A DNA stretch of 29,478 nt from an uncultured Hyphomicrobiales bacterium. GTDB taxonomy: Bacteria > Pseudomonadota > Alphaproteobacteria > Rhodospirillales > 2-02-FULL-58-16. A program made the translations under genes and the position numbers. The DNA lies in the NCBI GenBank assembly GCA_964511465.1, contig CAZEFJ010000004.1, positions 1 through 29,478 of the forward strand. Reading direction: 5' to 3'. The first letter of the stretch is position 1. Each line of letters opens with the position of its first letter. The notes under the pieces were generated by a model. The model had not been told where the DNA came from. It ran no database searches and was given only the letters and a program-made list of their open reading frames with translations. Shown here piece after piece: positions 17,655 to 25,862 of the stretch.

Positions 17655-19090
17655 ACGTAACCGCAATCACGATCATTCTGGCAACCCCGGTTGCGGCTAT
17701 TTTTCTTGCCGTTATCGTTCCCGGTCACCGAACCCGGGCGATACTGAATGTTGTCGCCTCGCTGATCTCGTTTTTAGCCGCCTGCTCGCTGTTTTTCGTC
17801 CGCCCCGAGAACAGCTACCTTTTCCTGATTGACGATTTCAACATCTATCTGATTGTTCTGAATACCTTTATCGGCCTGACCACAAGCGTCTTCAGCATGA
17901 CCTATATCGGTCATGAACTGGAAAGCGGACACCTTAGCCCGGCCTACCTGCGATTTTATCACGCCATGTATCAGGCGATGATGGGGGCGATGAGCCTGGC
18001 CCTGCTAAGCAACAATGTCGGAATGATGTGGGTCGGAGTGGAAATAGCGACACTTAGCACCGTGGTAATGGTCGGCATATATCGCACCCGCGAGGCGATC
18101 GAGGCGGCATGGAAATATTTTATCCTTGGCAGCGTCGGTATCGCGCTGGCTTTTTTCGGAACGATCCTGGTCTATCTCGCCGCCGGAAGGGTGCTTGGCG
18201 AGGGAATGCCGGCCCTGACATGGACCAGCCTGATCGCTAACGCGGCGGATTTCGATCCCTCGCTGCTGAGCCTTGCCTTTGTATTTATCATCATCGGTTA
18301 CGGAACCAAGGTCGGACTGGTGCCTTTGCACGCGTGGCTTCCCGACGCCCATGCCGAGGGACCGACCCCGATCTCGGCAGTGCTTTCCGGCTTGCTTTTG
18401 AATGTTGCGCTTTATGCCATTCTAAGATTCAAGATGATTATCGCGGGAAATTCCGAGGCCCTGTCGCCGGGACCGGTTTTGATGGTCATGGGGCTGACAT
18501 CACTGGTCTTCGCCGCCTTCATGCTATACCGCCGCCGTGATATCAAAAGACTGTTCGCCTATTCATCGATCGAGCATATGGGGATCATAACCTTTGCCTT
18601 CGGCATTGGCGGGCCGCTCGCCAATTTCGCCGGATTGCTGCACATGACCATGCACAGCCTGACCAAGTCGGCAATATTTTTCACCGTCGGCCATATAGCC
18701 CAGGCCAAGGGAACGCAGAAACTGGCCGACATCCGGGGGCTGGGCGAAACCCATCCGGTATTGGCCTGGGGTCTCGCCCTGGGGGTGATCGCGATTGCCG
18801 GAATACCGCCCTTCGGCGTTTTCACCAGCGAGTTTCTGCTGGTAACATCAACTTTTGCCCGCCAACCCGTTCTCGCGGTTATTCTCGTCCTTGGCATACT
18901 GGTCGCGCTGGGAGCGCTGGTTATGCGTCTGCAAGGAGTTCTGTTCGGCACCCCGTCGGAGTTTTCGGAGCCGGTCAAGGCAACCTCGGTTCCCCTGTTC
19001 ATGCATCTTGCCCTGGTCCTGGTCGCCGGCATCTATCTGCCGTCGGCACTGGTTGGCTGGTTCGAACAGGTTGCAAGGCTTCTGGGATAG
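17651..19090 (+). CDS. hyfF: HyfF-like antiporter-like membrane subunit (NuoM/N family)
   Basis: MWVGVEIATL, EAAWKYFIL, GTKVGLVPLHAWLPDAHAEGPTPISAVLSG, KRLFAYSSIEHMG and PPFGVFTSE motifs. Confidence 0.9.
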   Translation: MNVTAITIILATPVAAIFLAVIVPGHRTRAILNVVASLISFLAACSLFFVRPENSYLFLIDDFNIYLIVLNTFIGLTTSVFSMTYIGHELESGHLSPAYLRFYHAMYQAMMGAMSLALLSNNVGMMWVGVEIATLSTVVMVGIYRTREAIEAAWKYFILGSVGIALAFFGTILVYLAAGRVLGEGMPALTWTSLIANAADFDPSLLSLAFVFIIIGYGTKVGLVPLHAWLPDAHAEGPTPISAVLSGLLLNVALYAILRFKMIIAGNSEALSPGPVLMVMGLTSLVFAAFMLYRRRDIKRLFAYSSIEHMGIITFAFGIGGPLANFAGLLHMTMHSLTKSAIFFTVGHIAQAKGTQKLADIRGLGETHPVLAWGLALGVIAIAGIPPFGVFTSEFLLVTSTFARQPVLAVILVLGILVALGALVMRLQGVLFGTPSEFSEPVKATSVPLFMHLALVLVAGIYLPSALVGWFEQVARLLG

Positions 19091-19095
19091 GCGTC

Positions 19096-20562
19096 ATGGC
19101 AAAAAAGACACTGATTGAAACACTATCCGCGGGAAAACAGGCACCGCAACACCGGCCATTGCCTCGCTTTGAGGTCGAGCGGAAAATCTGGACCCGCCTG
19201 ATTGCCAAACTGGGCGACAGTCTCGACATGATCGGCCTTTGGGCCGACGACAAAGACATCCACATGGCGCTTTTCGAGCCTTCTTCAGGAACCCTGGCAA
19301 TCGCATCGCTGGCCGTAAAAGCGGGTAAATATCCCTCGGTCGCCAAGCACCACCCACCGGCAATGCGGCTTGAGAGGACGATCCGTGACCTGTTTGGCCA
19401 TCAGCCACAGGGGTTGCCCGACACCCGGCCATGGCTGGACCACACCGAGCCGTACCGTTTTCTGTCGGCAGAAGGCGAAGGATTACATCAAATACCCGTT
19501 GGCCCGGTACATGCCGGGATTATCGAGCCGGGACATTTCCGTTTTACCGCCGCCGGTGAAACCGTGGTCCGGCTTGAAGAGCGTTTAGGTTACACCCACA
19601 AGGGGATCGAAAAACTGCTTGAAGGAAGCAACATCGAAGAAGGGGCAAGGCTGTGCGCCAGGGTGTCCGGGGACAGCACCGTCGCCTACGGCATCGCCTA
19701 CAGCCGGGCGGTGGAAGCGGCGCTGCAAACGGCCGCCCCGGTTCGGGCCGACTGGCTGCGCGCCCTGATGGCGGAACTGGAACGTCTGGCAAATCATTTC
19801 GGCGATATCGGGGCGATCTGCAATGACGCCGCGTTCGCCCTGATGCATGCCCATACGGGTATTCTGCGCGAAGATATACTAAAGGCCGCCGAAGCCTGTT
19901 TCGGGCACCGTCTGATGATTGACCGGGCGATCCCCGGGGGGGTGTCCGACGATCTTTACGAGGCCGGAAAAGATATTCTTTACCGATTGAGGGATTCCCT
20001 TGCCGAGCGATTTGAAATACTCGCCGACGGCTACGACAACACCGCGTCAATGAAGGACCGGGCCTGGGGGGCGGGCATATTAAGCCCCGAGCTGGCCCGG
20101 CAATACGCAGTCGGTGGGGTGATCGGACGTTCCTCCAAACGCGACTTCGACACCCGCAAGGCATTGCCCTACCCGCCATATGATCAACTTGATTTCAAAA
20201 TTCCGGTGGTCAATGCCGGTGACGTCAATTCACGGGTCTGGATACGCATTCAGGAAGCCAAACAAAGCCTGTCGCTGATCGGCCAGATACTTGATCGCAT
20301 TCCCGACGGGGATATCCGACGGGATTTGCCGAAAAAGCCGAAAAGCAAATGTGAAGGAGTTGGCCTGGTCGAAGGATTCAGGGGCGACGTTATGGTCTGG
20401 CTGAGACTGGCCGCCGATGGTCGGATCATCCGCTGTCACCCACGCGATCCGTCATGGTTCCAGTGGCCACTTCTCGAAGCGGTCATCGAAAACAACATCG
20501 TTGCCGATTTTCCGTTATGCAATAAATCCTTTAACTGCTCGTATTCGGGGGTTGATCTGTAA
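19096..20562 (+). CDS. hyfG: HyfG/HycE-like large subunit (fused NuoC-NuoD fold) lacking NiFe ligands, i.e. EhrL
   Basis: ERTIRDLFG, PVGPVHAGIIEPGHFRF, RLGYTHKGIEK and RDPSW. The L1 position reads ARVSGDST instead of RxCGxC; the C-terminus reads DFPLCNKSFNCSYSGVDL instead of DPCxxC. Confidence 0.88.
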   Translation: MAKKTLIETLSAGKQAPQHRPLPRFEVERKIWTRLIAKLGDSLDMIGLWADDKDIHMALFEPSSGTLAIASLAVKAGKYPSVAKHHPPAMRLERTIRDLFGHQPQGLPDTRPWLDHTEPYRFLSAEGEGLHQIPVGPVHAGIIEPGHFRFTAAGETVVRLEERLGYTHKGIEKLLEGSNIEEGARLCARVSGDSTVAYGIAYSRAVEAALQTAAPVRADWLRALMAELERLANHFGDIGAICNDAAFALMHAHTGILREDILKAAEACFGHRLMIDRAIPGGVSDDLYEAGKDILYRLRDSLAERFEILADGYDNTASMKDRAWGAGILSPELARQYAVGGVIGRSSKRDFDTRKALPYPPYDQLDFKIPVVNAGDVNSRVWIRIQEAKQSLSLIGQILDRIPDGDIRRDLPKKPKSKCEGVGLVEGFRGDVMVWLRLAADGRIIRCHPRDPSWFQWPLLEAVIENNIVADFPLCNKSFNCSYSGVDL

Positions 20563-21071
20563 TGCGCCGCCTGCTTCTTGGCGCCTTGTTCCGGCGTCCT
20601 CTGACCATTGATCCGCCTGTCGCCAGTGAAGATGCCGTGGCAGAGTTGGCGACCAAGGTCGATGAACAGGCCATGCGTGTGCTGGGTCGTTCGCTGGCCA
20701 TCCGGGCGGTTGATTCAGGATCATGCAACGGCTGCGAGCTTGAAATACACGCCCTTAACAACGCCGTTTACGACCTTGAGCGATTTGGCATTAAATTCGT
20801 CGCCTCGCCCAGACACGCCGACGTCCTGCTGGTCACCGGCCCGCTATGCAAAAATATGCTGGTCGCGTTAAAACGCACATACGCGGCAACCCCGTCGCCG
20901 AAATGGGTGGTCGCGGTAGGCGATTGCGCCTGCAACGGCGGCGTATTCGCCAAAAGCCCGGCCTGCATAGGGGCGATATCAAAGGTACTGGACGTCGACC
21001 TCCACATACCCGGCTGTCCGCCGCCCCCGATTGCGATGCTGAAAGGCCTCATCGCCCTGCTTGCCAAATAG
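20562..21071 (+). CDS. hyfI: HyfI/HycG-like [4Fe-4S] small subunit (NuoB family), i.e. EhrS
   Basis: DSGSCNGCELE, SPRHADVLLVTGP, VGDCAC and IPGCPP supply four cluster-type cysteines; TAATG-coupled to the large subunit. Confidence 0.9.
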   Translation: MRRLLLGALFRRPLTIDPPVASEDAVAELATKVDEQAMRVLGRSLAIRAVDSGSCNGCELEIHALNNAVYDLERFGIKFVASPRHADVLLVTGPLCKNMLVALKRTYAATPSPKWVVAVGDCACNGGVFAKSPACIGAISKVLDVDLHIPGCPPPPIAMLKGLIALLAK

Positions 21072-21081
21072 CCGATTCAGC

Positions 21082-21231
21082 TCAGGGTGTTTCCGTTTTA
21101 TACGGGAACACCCAAGGTCGCAAGGCGGCCCGCCGATCGTTCGGCGCGCCCGCGCAGGCGGCGACCTTCTTCAGGTCGATGTCGTGAGCGATAAAAACAG
21201 AATGTTTCCGCTTCATACGGGAACACCCTAA
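21082..21231. mobile_element. MITE/REPIN-like 150-bp element with palindromic ends
   Basis: Left end TCAGGGTGTTTCCG versus reverse complement of the right end TTAGGGTGTTCCCG (12/14). Two 26-bp copies of TGTTTCCGnttnATACGGGAACACCC at 21088 and 21203 (24/26 identical, each a hairpin). Interior stems AAGGTCGC/GCGACCTT and CGCCGA/TCGGCG. Confidence 0.65.
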
Positions 21232-22802
21232 TGACTGGTACCTCTGGAATATGTTATCTTGTTGTAAACATTGTATTTTCCTGATGGCTTCACCATTGGG
21301 ATACGTTTGACCTCTTTCAGGGTGGCGGCGTCGTAAACGACCAGCGCCCCGTCCATCTCCCAGATGCTGACCAGGGCGAATTTTCCGTCTCGGGTAAATT
21401 CGACATGGGCGGCGGTTTTTCCCGGCGATGGTCTGAGGGTCTTGACTACTTTCAGCGTTCGCTTGTCGATAACCTGGACAACGTCCTTGTTGGGACCGAA
21501 GAAAACATCAACCCAGGCGTAGGGCGTATTGTCATGGCTGCGCATAAAGAACCCCGGACCAAGGGTTTTTATATCCTTGATCGTCTTCCAGGTTTGCATG
21601 TCGATTACGCTAACCACTCCTTTTTTCAGGTTGGGAGTCGCCATCACCAGACGGCCCTTGTACTTCCAGGTTATGCCAGAGCCAAGATGAGGCATCCCGG
21701 TAAGGTCTATATCGGCAATCTTGAGCCGCGACAGGATGCTGACTACCTGGCCTTTTTTGGCGTTGCGTGCGGTACCTATTATGCGGAGATAGGCCGGGTC
21801 AAAGAAAAAATCATCCAGGTAGTCATCAAGAAAAATCCGCTGAACCGGAAACGGCCCATAGTCGAATTCGCCTTCCTTGGCACCGGTGCGATAGCTGTGT
21901 ATAAATCCCTTGGCAACCGGAGTGGGGTTGTCCTTATACGAAATTACCCAGACTTCCGGGATGTCCTTCAGCGCGACGATGAAGCTTTCCCTTGGCGGCG
22001 CGGCATAAACCGCGCTGACCCTGGAACTGACGCCGTCCTTGCTTCGCACGTCAATGATTTTTACCGGACTGAGATCATTGGCATTCAGTATGACCAGAGA
22101 ATGGGGCAGGTAATTGCCAACCATGATATAGCGCCCGTCACCGGAAATGGCGATATTACGGGAATTTATACCGGCCCTTATTTCGGCTACCGGCTTTAGC
22201 GAATAAAGATCGTACATGCTGACCCAGCCGTCCCGAGAAACCAGATAGACGAACCGTCCGCTTGGCGAATACTTGGCCCCGCCATGCAGGGCAATCCGCG
22301 ACTTGAACCGCCACAGGGGTTCAAACTTGTCGCCATCAAGGATAGTCACATGATGATCGCCGCTTTCAACCACCGTAAACAGGTTTAGAGGATCTGCCTT
22401 GTAGACCGGCTTATCCGGCAAGTCCTGAATGCGATTGTAAACGATGCGCGAGGCATTGATTTCGGTCAGTCCCCATTTTGGAATTTCCTTCAACGGGGTG
22501 TAAATCATCTTGACCATGGCGTCGATTTGAGCCGCCGATAAGGTTTTCTTGTAACCGGGCATCTGGGTTTCGAGCGCCCCGTTGGCAATGACGTCCTTGG
22601 CACGTTCAGGCTTTAGCCGACTGAGGTTTTCCGGCAGCAGCGCCGGACCCATGCCGCCGAGGCGACCCTTGCCGTGGCATTTGGCACAGTTTGCGGCGTA
22701 GAGACCGGCTATGTCCGGGGCTTCCGCGGCAAAGGTTTCGACCGCAAAAGAAGCATAAAACATGATCACGGCAAAGGCGGCATAAAGAAATTTTGAATTC
22801 AT
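21228..22802 (-). CDS. nirN: NirN, dihydro-heme d1 dehydrogenase (cytochrome c domain plus d1-type beta-propeller)
   Basis: Signal peptide, CxxCH (CAKCH), ALHGGAKYS, PHLGSG, GPGFFMRSH and KPSGKYNV; last gene of the nir cluster. Confidence 0.92.
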   Translation of the reverse strand: MNSKFLYAAFAVIMFYASFAVETFAAEAPDIAGLYAANCAKCHGKGRLGGMGPALLPENLSRLKPERAKDVIANGALETQMPGYKKTLSAAQIDAMVKMIYTPLKEIPKWGLTEINASRIVYNRIQDLPDKPVYKADPLNLFTVVESGDHHVTILDGDKFEPLWRFKSRIALHGGAKYSPSGRFVYLVSRDGWVSMYDLYSLKPVAEIRAGINSRNIAISGDGRYIMVGNYLPHSLVILNANDLSPVKIIDVRSKDGVSSRVSAVYAAPPRESFIVALKDIPEVWVISYKDNPTPVAKGFIHSYRTGAKEGEFDYGPFPVQRIFLDDYLDDFFFDPAYLRIIGTARNAKKGQVVSILSRLKIADIDLTGMPHLGSGITWKYKGRLVMATPNLKKGVVSVIDMQTWKTIKDIKTLGPGFFMRSHDNTPYAWVDVFFGPNKDVVQVIDKRTLKVVKTLRPSPGKTAAHVEFTRDGKFALVSIWEMDGALVVYDAATLKEVKRIPMVKPSGKYNVYNKITYSRGTSH

Positions 22803-23938
22803 CGAGATATTTCCTCGTCACTAAGATAACAGCCGGGATCTTCGGCCCAGGGATCGCCGGTGGTCTGGGCTGCCCGGACCCGTGAGTTGCCACCACAGAT
22901 ATCCAGATAGCCGCATGTCCCGCAGCGACCCTTGAGCTGACGTGGGCGCTGTTTGAACCCGGCCATCAAATCGTCCGAGGTATCCATCCATATTTGCGAG
23001 AACGGGCGATCCTTGACATTGCCAAGGTTATGGTTCCACCACATGGTGTCGGGATGAACATTGCCAAGGTTATCTATGTTGGCGATATTTACACCCGACG
23101 CATTGCCTCCCCACTGCACCAGCTTGGCCCGCATATGGTCGGCTTTGTCGGGAAACCTTTGCCTGACCCAGTGCAGCATATATACCCCGTCGGCATCGTT
23201 GTTGCCGGTAACGAACTCCTTGCGGGTTGCCGAGCGTATATAGCCAAGACAGCGATCAAACAACAGATCGAGGGCGTTGCGGGTGACCTGAAAGTGGGCG
23301 TCTTCGGCGCGGTTCTTGTTTCCGCGTCCGGCGTAATTGAGATGCGAAAGATAAAACCTTTCGACATTTTTTGTATCCAGAAGATCAAGCACACCGGGCA
23401 GATCATCGGCGTTGTCCTGGGTCAGCGTAAACCTGAGGCCAACCTTAAGGCCACGTTCGACACATCTGTCGATCCCGTCCATCGAGGCATCGAAAGCCCC
23501 TTCCATACGGCGAAAGGTATCATGTGTTTGACGCAAACCGTCTATGCTTACGCCTATATAATCGAAACCAACCTTGGTGATATCTTCTATATTGTCATCG
23601 TCTATCAGGGTTCCGTTGGACGACAGGGCAACGTAAAACCCCATATCCTTTGCATGTGTTGCGATCTCGAATATGTCCGGTCTCAGCAACGGCTCGCCAC
23701 CGGAAAGTATCAGCGCGGGAACCTTGAAGTCTTTCAGTTCGTCAAGCACGCTGAAAACTTCGTCCTTGCTAAGTTCACCGGGGAAATCGGTGTCGGCCGA
23801 AATTGAATAGCAATGCCGACATGTCAGATTGCAGCGCCGAATAAGATTCCATACCACCACCGGGCCGGGAGGATCACGCCTTGGTCCCTCGGGGCTTGGA
23901 GAGTCCAGTTCGTTGAGGAATTCGGTAACCCGGAACAT
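22799..23938 (-). CDS. nirJ: Heme d1 biosynthesis radical SAM protein NirJ
   Basis: VVWNLIRRCNLTCRHCY (CxxxCxxC), LSGGEPL, SHLNYAGRG and a C-terminal auxiliary-cluster region (CGTC...CGG...DPGCY). Confidence 0.95.
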   Translation of the reverse strand: MFRVTEFLNELDSPSPEGPRRDPPGPVVVWNLIRRCNLTCRHCYSISADTDFPGELSKDEVFSVLDELKDFKVPALILSGGEPLLRPDIFEIATHAKDMGFYVALSSNGTLIDDDNIEDITKVGFDYIGVSIDGLRQTHDTFRRMEGAFDASMDGIDRCVERGLKVGLRFTLTQDNADDLPGVLDLLDTKNVERFYLSHLNYAGRGNKNRAEDAHFQVTRNALDLLFDRCLGYIRSATRKEFVTGNNDADGVYMLHWVRQRFPDKADHMRAKLVQWGGNASGVNIANIDNLGNVHPDTMWWNHNLGNVKDRPFSQIWMDTSDDLMAGFKQRPRQLKGRCGTCGYLDICGGNSRVRAAQTTGDPWAEDPGCYLSDEEISR

Positions 23939-23942
23939 CCGC

Positions 23943-24446
23943 TTATTCTCCTTGTTTTTCTCTGATCAGGCGTAATCCTGTTTTTTTCAGAATACGGGTG
24001 CTGAACAGTACATCATGGGCCCTTACACTGTCTTTCAGGATGTTGTTTATTTGATCAATCCGGCTCAGAACATCTTCGCGGTCACGCCCGTGGACCATGG
24101 CAAATAAATTGTAGGACCATTCCGGCAACCGGCGAGGCCGGTGGTAGGAATGGCTTACAAAATCCAGCGATCCGACGCGTCGGCCAAGCTCTTGGATTTT
24201 TTCATCGGCAACGTCCCATACCGCCATTCCGTTAGCTTTATAGCCAAGCGCGTAATGATTGGGCACGGCACCGATGCGCCTGATGATTCCCTCACTCTGC
24301 ATCCTTTTGAAGCGGCTTATCACCTCATCCACTTTGATCCCCGTCAGTTCGGCTATCCGATGGTACGGGCGAGGTTCCAGCGGCAAGCCCTTCTGGGTTG
24401 CAAGGATCAGCTTGCGATCGTTTTCATCAATCCGGGCCATACTCAT
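23943..24446 (-). CDS. nirH: Siroheme decarboxylase subunit NirH
   Basis: GLPLEPRPY, IRRIGAVPNHYALGY, HxYxR motif (HSYHR) and YNLFAMVHGR. Confidence 0.88.
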   Translation of the reverse strand: MSMARIDENDRKLILATQKGLPLEPRPYHRIAELTGIKVDEVISRFKRMQSEGIIRRIGAVPNHYALGYKANGMAVWDVADEKIQELGRRVGSLDFVSHSYHRPRRLPEWSYNLFAMVHGRDREDVLSRIDQINNILKDSVRAHDVLFSTRILKKTGLRLIREKQGE

Positions 24447-24901
24447 ACGACGAACCTCAGACCAACGAAGAATTCTTCAATTTTAGGCAGGTTCAGCACC
24501 TTCAGGCCGGTTTTTTGTTCGATTTCGACAATCACTTCATCAATCCTTTCCGGCCTCTCGGTGGCCAGTACAAACCACATATTGTATTCATGATCGCGGG
24601 CGTAATTGTGGGCGACTTCCTCGAACGAATTAACTTTTTCGGCAATGATGTCGAAATTATCCTCCGGCACCTTGATCGCGGCAAGGGACAGGCCGCCACC
24701 CAATTTACCGGCGTTGAAAAGAGGGCCGAACCGGCTAAGTGTTCTGGCTTCAAGCAGCTTGGAGATGCGCGAAATCAGTGCCTCTTCGGTTATTCCAAGA
24801 TTTTTGGAAATTTCCGAAAACGGCTCTTCGACAACATCCATCCCATCCTGCAGGAGATTAATTATATCGCGGTCAAGCCCATCCATATCGACGGCGCTCA
24901 T
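24443..24901 (-). CDS. nirG: Siroheme decarboxylase subunit NirG
   Basis: LSRFGPLFNA, VAHNYAR (HxYxR) and YNMWFVLATE. Confidence 0.88.
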   Translation of the reverse strand: MSAVDMDGLDRDIINLLQDGMDVVEEPFSEISKNLGITEEALISRISKLLEARTLSRFGPLFNAGKLGGGLSLAAIKVPEDNFDIIAEKVNSFEEVAHNYARDHEYNMWFVLATERPERIDEVIVEIEQKTGLKVLNLPKIEEFFVGLRFVV

Positions 24902-25422
24902 GGGCTATCTCTTTCGTCCATATTTTCCGAAGGATCATCCAACGGACGCGCATAAACGGCACCGCGCTGCTTGAAGCAACGACGACTGAACAATACATCA
25001 CGCGGAGTCCCGGAGAGACCGCAGGCCTTGACCAGTTGGTCTATCTGGGCAAGAACTTCGCCCCGTTCCCGGCCATGTATCATGCAGAACAGATTATACG
25101 GCCAGTCTGGCAGACGGCGGGGGCGACGATAACACAGGGTAACAAAATCGAATTCGCTGAAACGACGGCCTGTCTCGCCTACCCTGTCGTCGGGAATATC
25201 CCAAACCACCATGGCATTGGATTTATAGCCGAGGCTGCGATGACGAACGACGACGCCGAGGCGACGAATGGTCCCCTCGTCCAGCATATCCGATATCTCG
25301 GAGATTACTTCCTGCTCGCTCAACCCTGCCTTGAGCCCTGCCTCCAGATAGGGATTGGGACTCAACGGCAATCCGCCTTCGATCGCCCTGATCAAACGGC
25401 TGCGTCTTTCACTTAGTTCCAT
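24898..25422 (-). CDS. nirL: Siroheme decarboxylase subunit NirL
   Basis: GLPLSPNPY, IRRLGVVVRHRSLGY and VTLCYRRPRRLPDWPYNLFCMIHG. Confidence 0.88.
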   Translation of the reverse strand: MELSERRSRLIRAIEGGLPLSPNPYLEAGLKAGLSEQEVISEISDMLDEGTIRRLGVVVRHRSLGYKSNAMVVWDIPDDRVGETGRRFSEFDFVTLCYRRPRRLPDWPYNLFCMIHGRERGEVLAQIDQLVKACGLSGTPRDVLFSRRCFKQRGAVYARPLDDPSENMDERDSP

Positions 25423-25862
25423 TTAAGAGCGAACCCCAGATCAAGACGGTATTCTTCTTCCATCGGCAGTTCCATGACATTTATGCCGGTATGGAGTTCG
25501 ATCTTTTTAACTACATTTTTCAAACCCTTAAGGTCTGGCGCGGTGATTACAAACCACAGATTAAACCGGTGTTCCCGCTCGTAGTTATGGTTGATCTCTT
25601 TGAGTGAGCTGATCCATTCGGCGACCTCGCAAAAGCGATCCTCGGGAATTTCCATCGCCGCCAACTGGCTTTGGCCGACGCTTCCCGGCTTGAACACCGC
25701 TCCGACGCGGCTGACCGTGCCGTTTTTTTGTAACTTTTCCAGGGTATCTATCACCTCGCCCTCGTCGATTCCCAACCTCTGCCCGATTTCCGCGAAAGGG
25801 CGCGGGCTTAGTGGAAAATCACGCTGGAACAGGTCAAGAATTAGCTTTTCATGATCCTTCAT
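25413..25862 (-). CDS. nirD: Siroheme decarboxylase subunit NirD
   Basis: QRDFPLSPRPF, SRVGAVF and NHNYEREHRFNLWFV (HxYxR). Confidence 0.88.
   Translation of the reverse strand: MKDHEKLILDLFQRDFPLSPRPFAEIGQRLGIDEGEVIDTLEKLQKNGTVSRVGAVFKPGSVGQSQLAAMEIPEDRFCEVAEWISSLKEINHNYEREHRFNLWFVITAPDLKGLKNVVKKIELHTGINVMELPMEEEYRLDLGFALKWN

Noticed and set aside
19544-20179. 211-aa minus-strand ORF inside the Ehr large subunit
   Set aside because: Arg/Pro-rich composition typical of off-frame GC-rich sequence; it overlaps a confident gene.
19096-20562. Functional [NiFe] hydrogenase-4 or formate hydrogenlyase
   Set aside because: Both Ni-binding CxxC motifs are absent, there is no maturation extension, and no hyp, hyfH or fdh genes are in the window.
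21088-21228. Mini CRISPR array from two 26-bp palindromic repeats
   Set aside because: Only two units; the 89-bp interval is too long and is itself highly structured; no cas genes are present. A MITE/REPIN-like element explains it better.
21228-22802. Second copy of nirS
   Set aside because: Motifs (ALHGGAKYS, PHLGSG, GPGFFMRSH) and the position after nirJ identify NirN, a homologous maturation enzyme.
21405-23806. Long plus-strand ORFs (264 aa and 270 aa) antisense to nirN and nirJ
   Set aside because: They lie entirely opposite well-supported genes and have no motifs; they are shadow frames.
23943-25862. Cluster of four Lrp/AsnC transcription factors
   Set aside because: The fold is Lrp-like, but HxYxR motifs and nir context identify the NirDLGH siroheme decarboxylase subunits.
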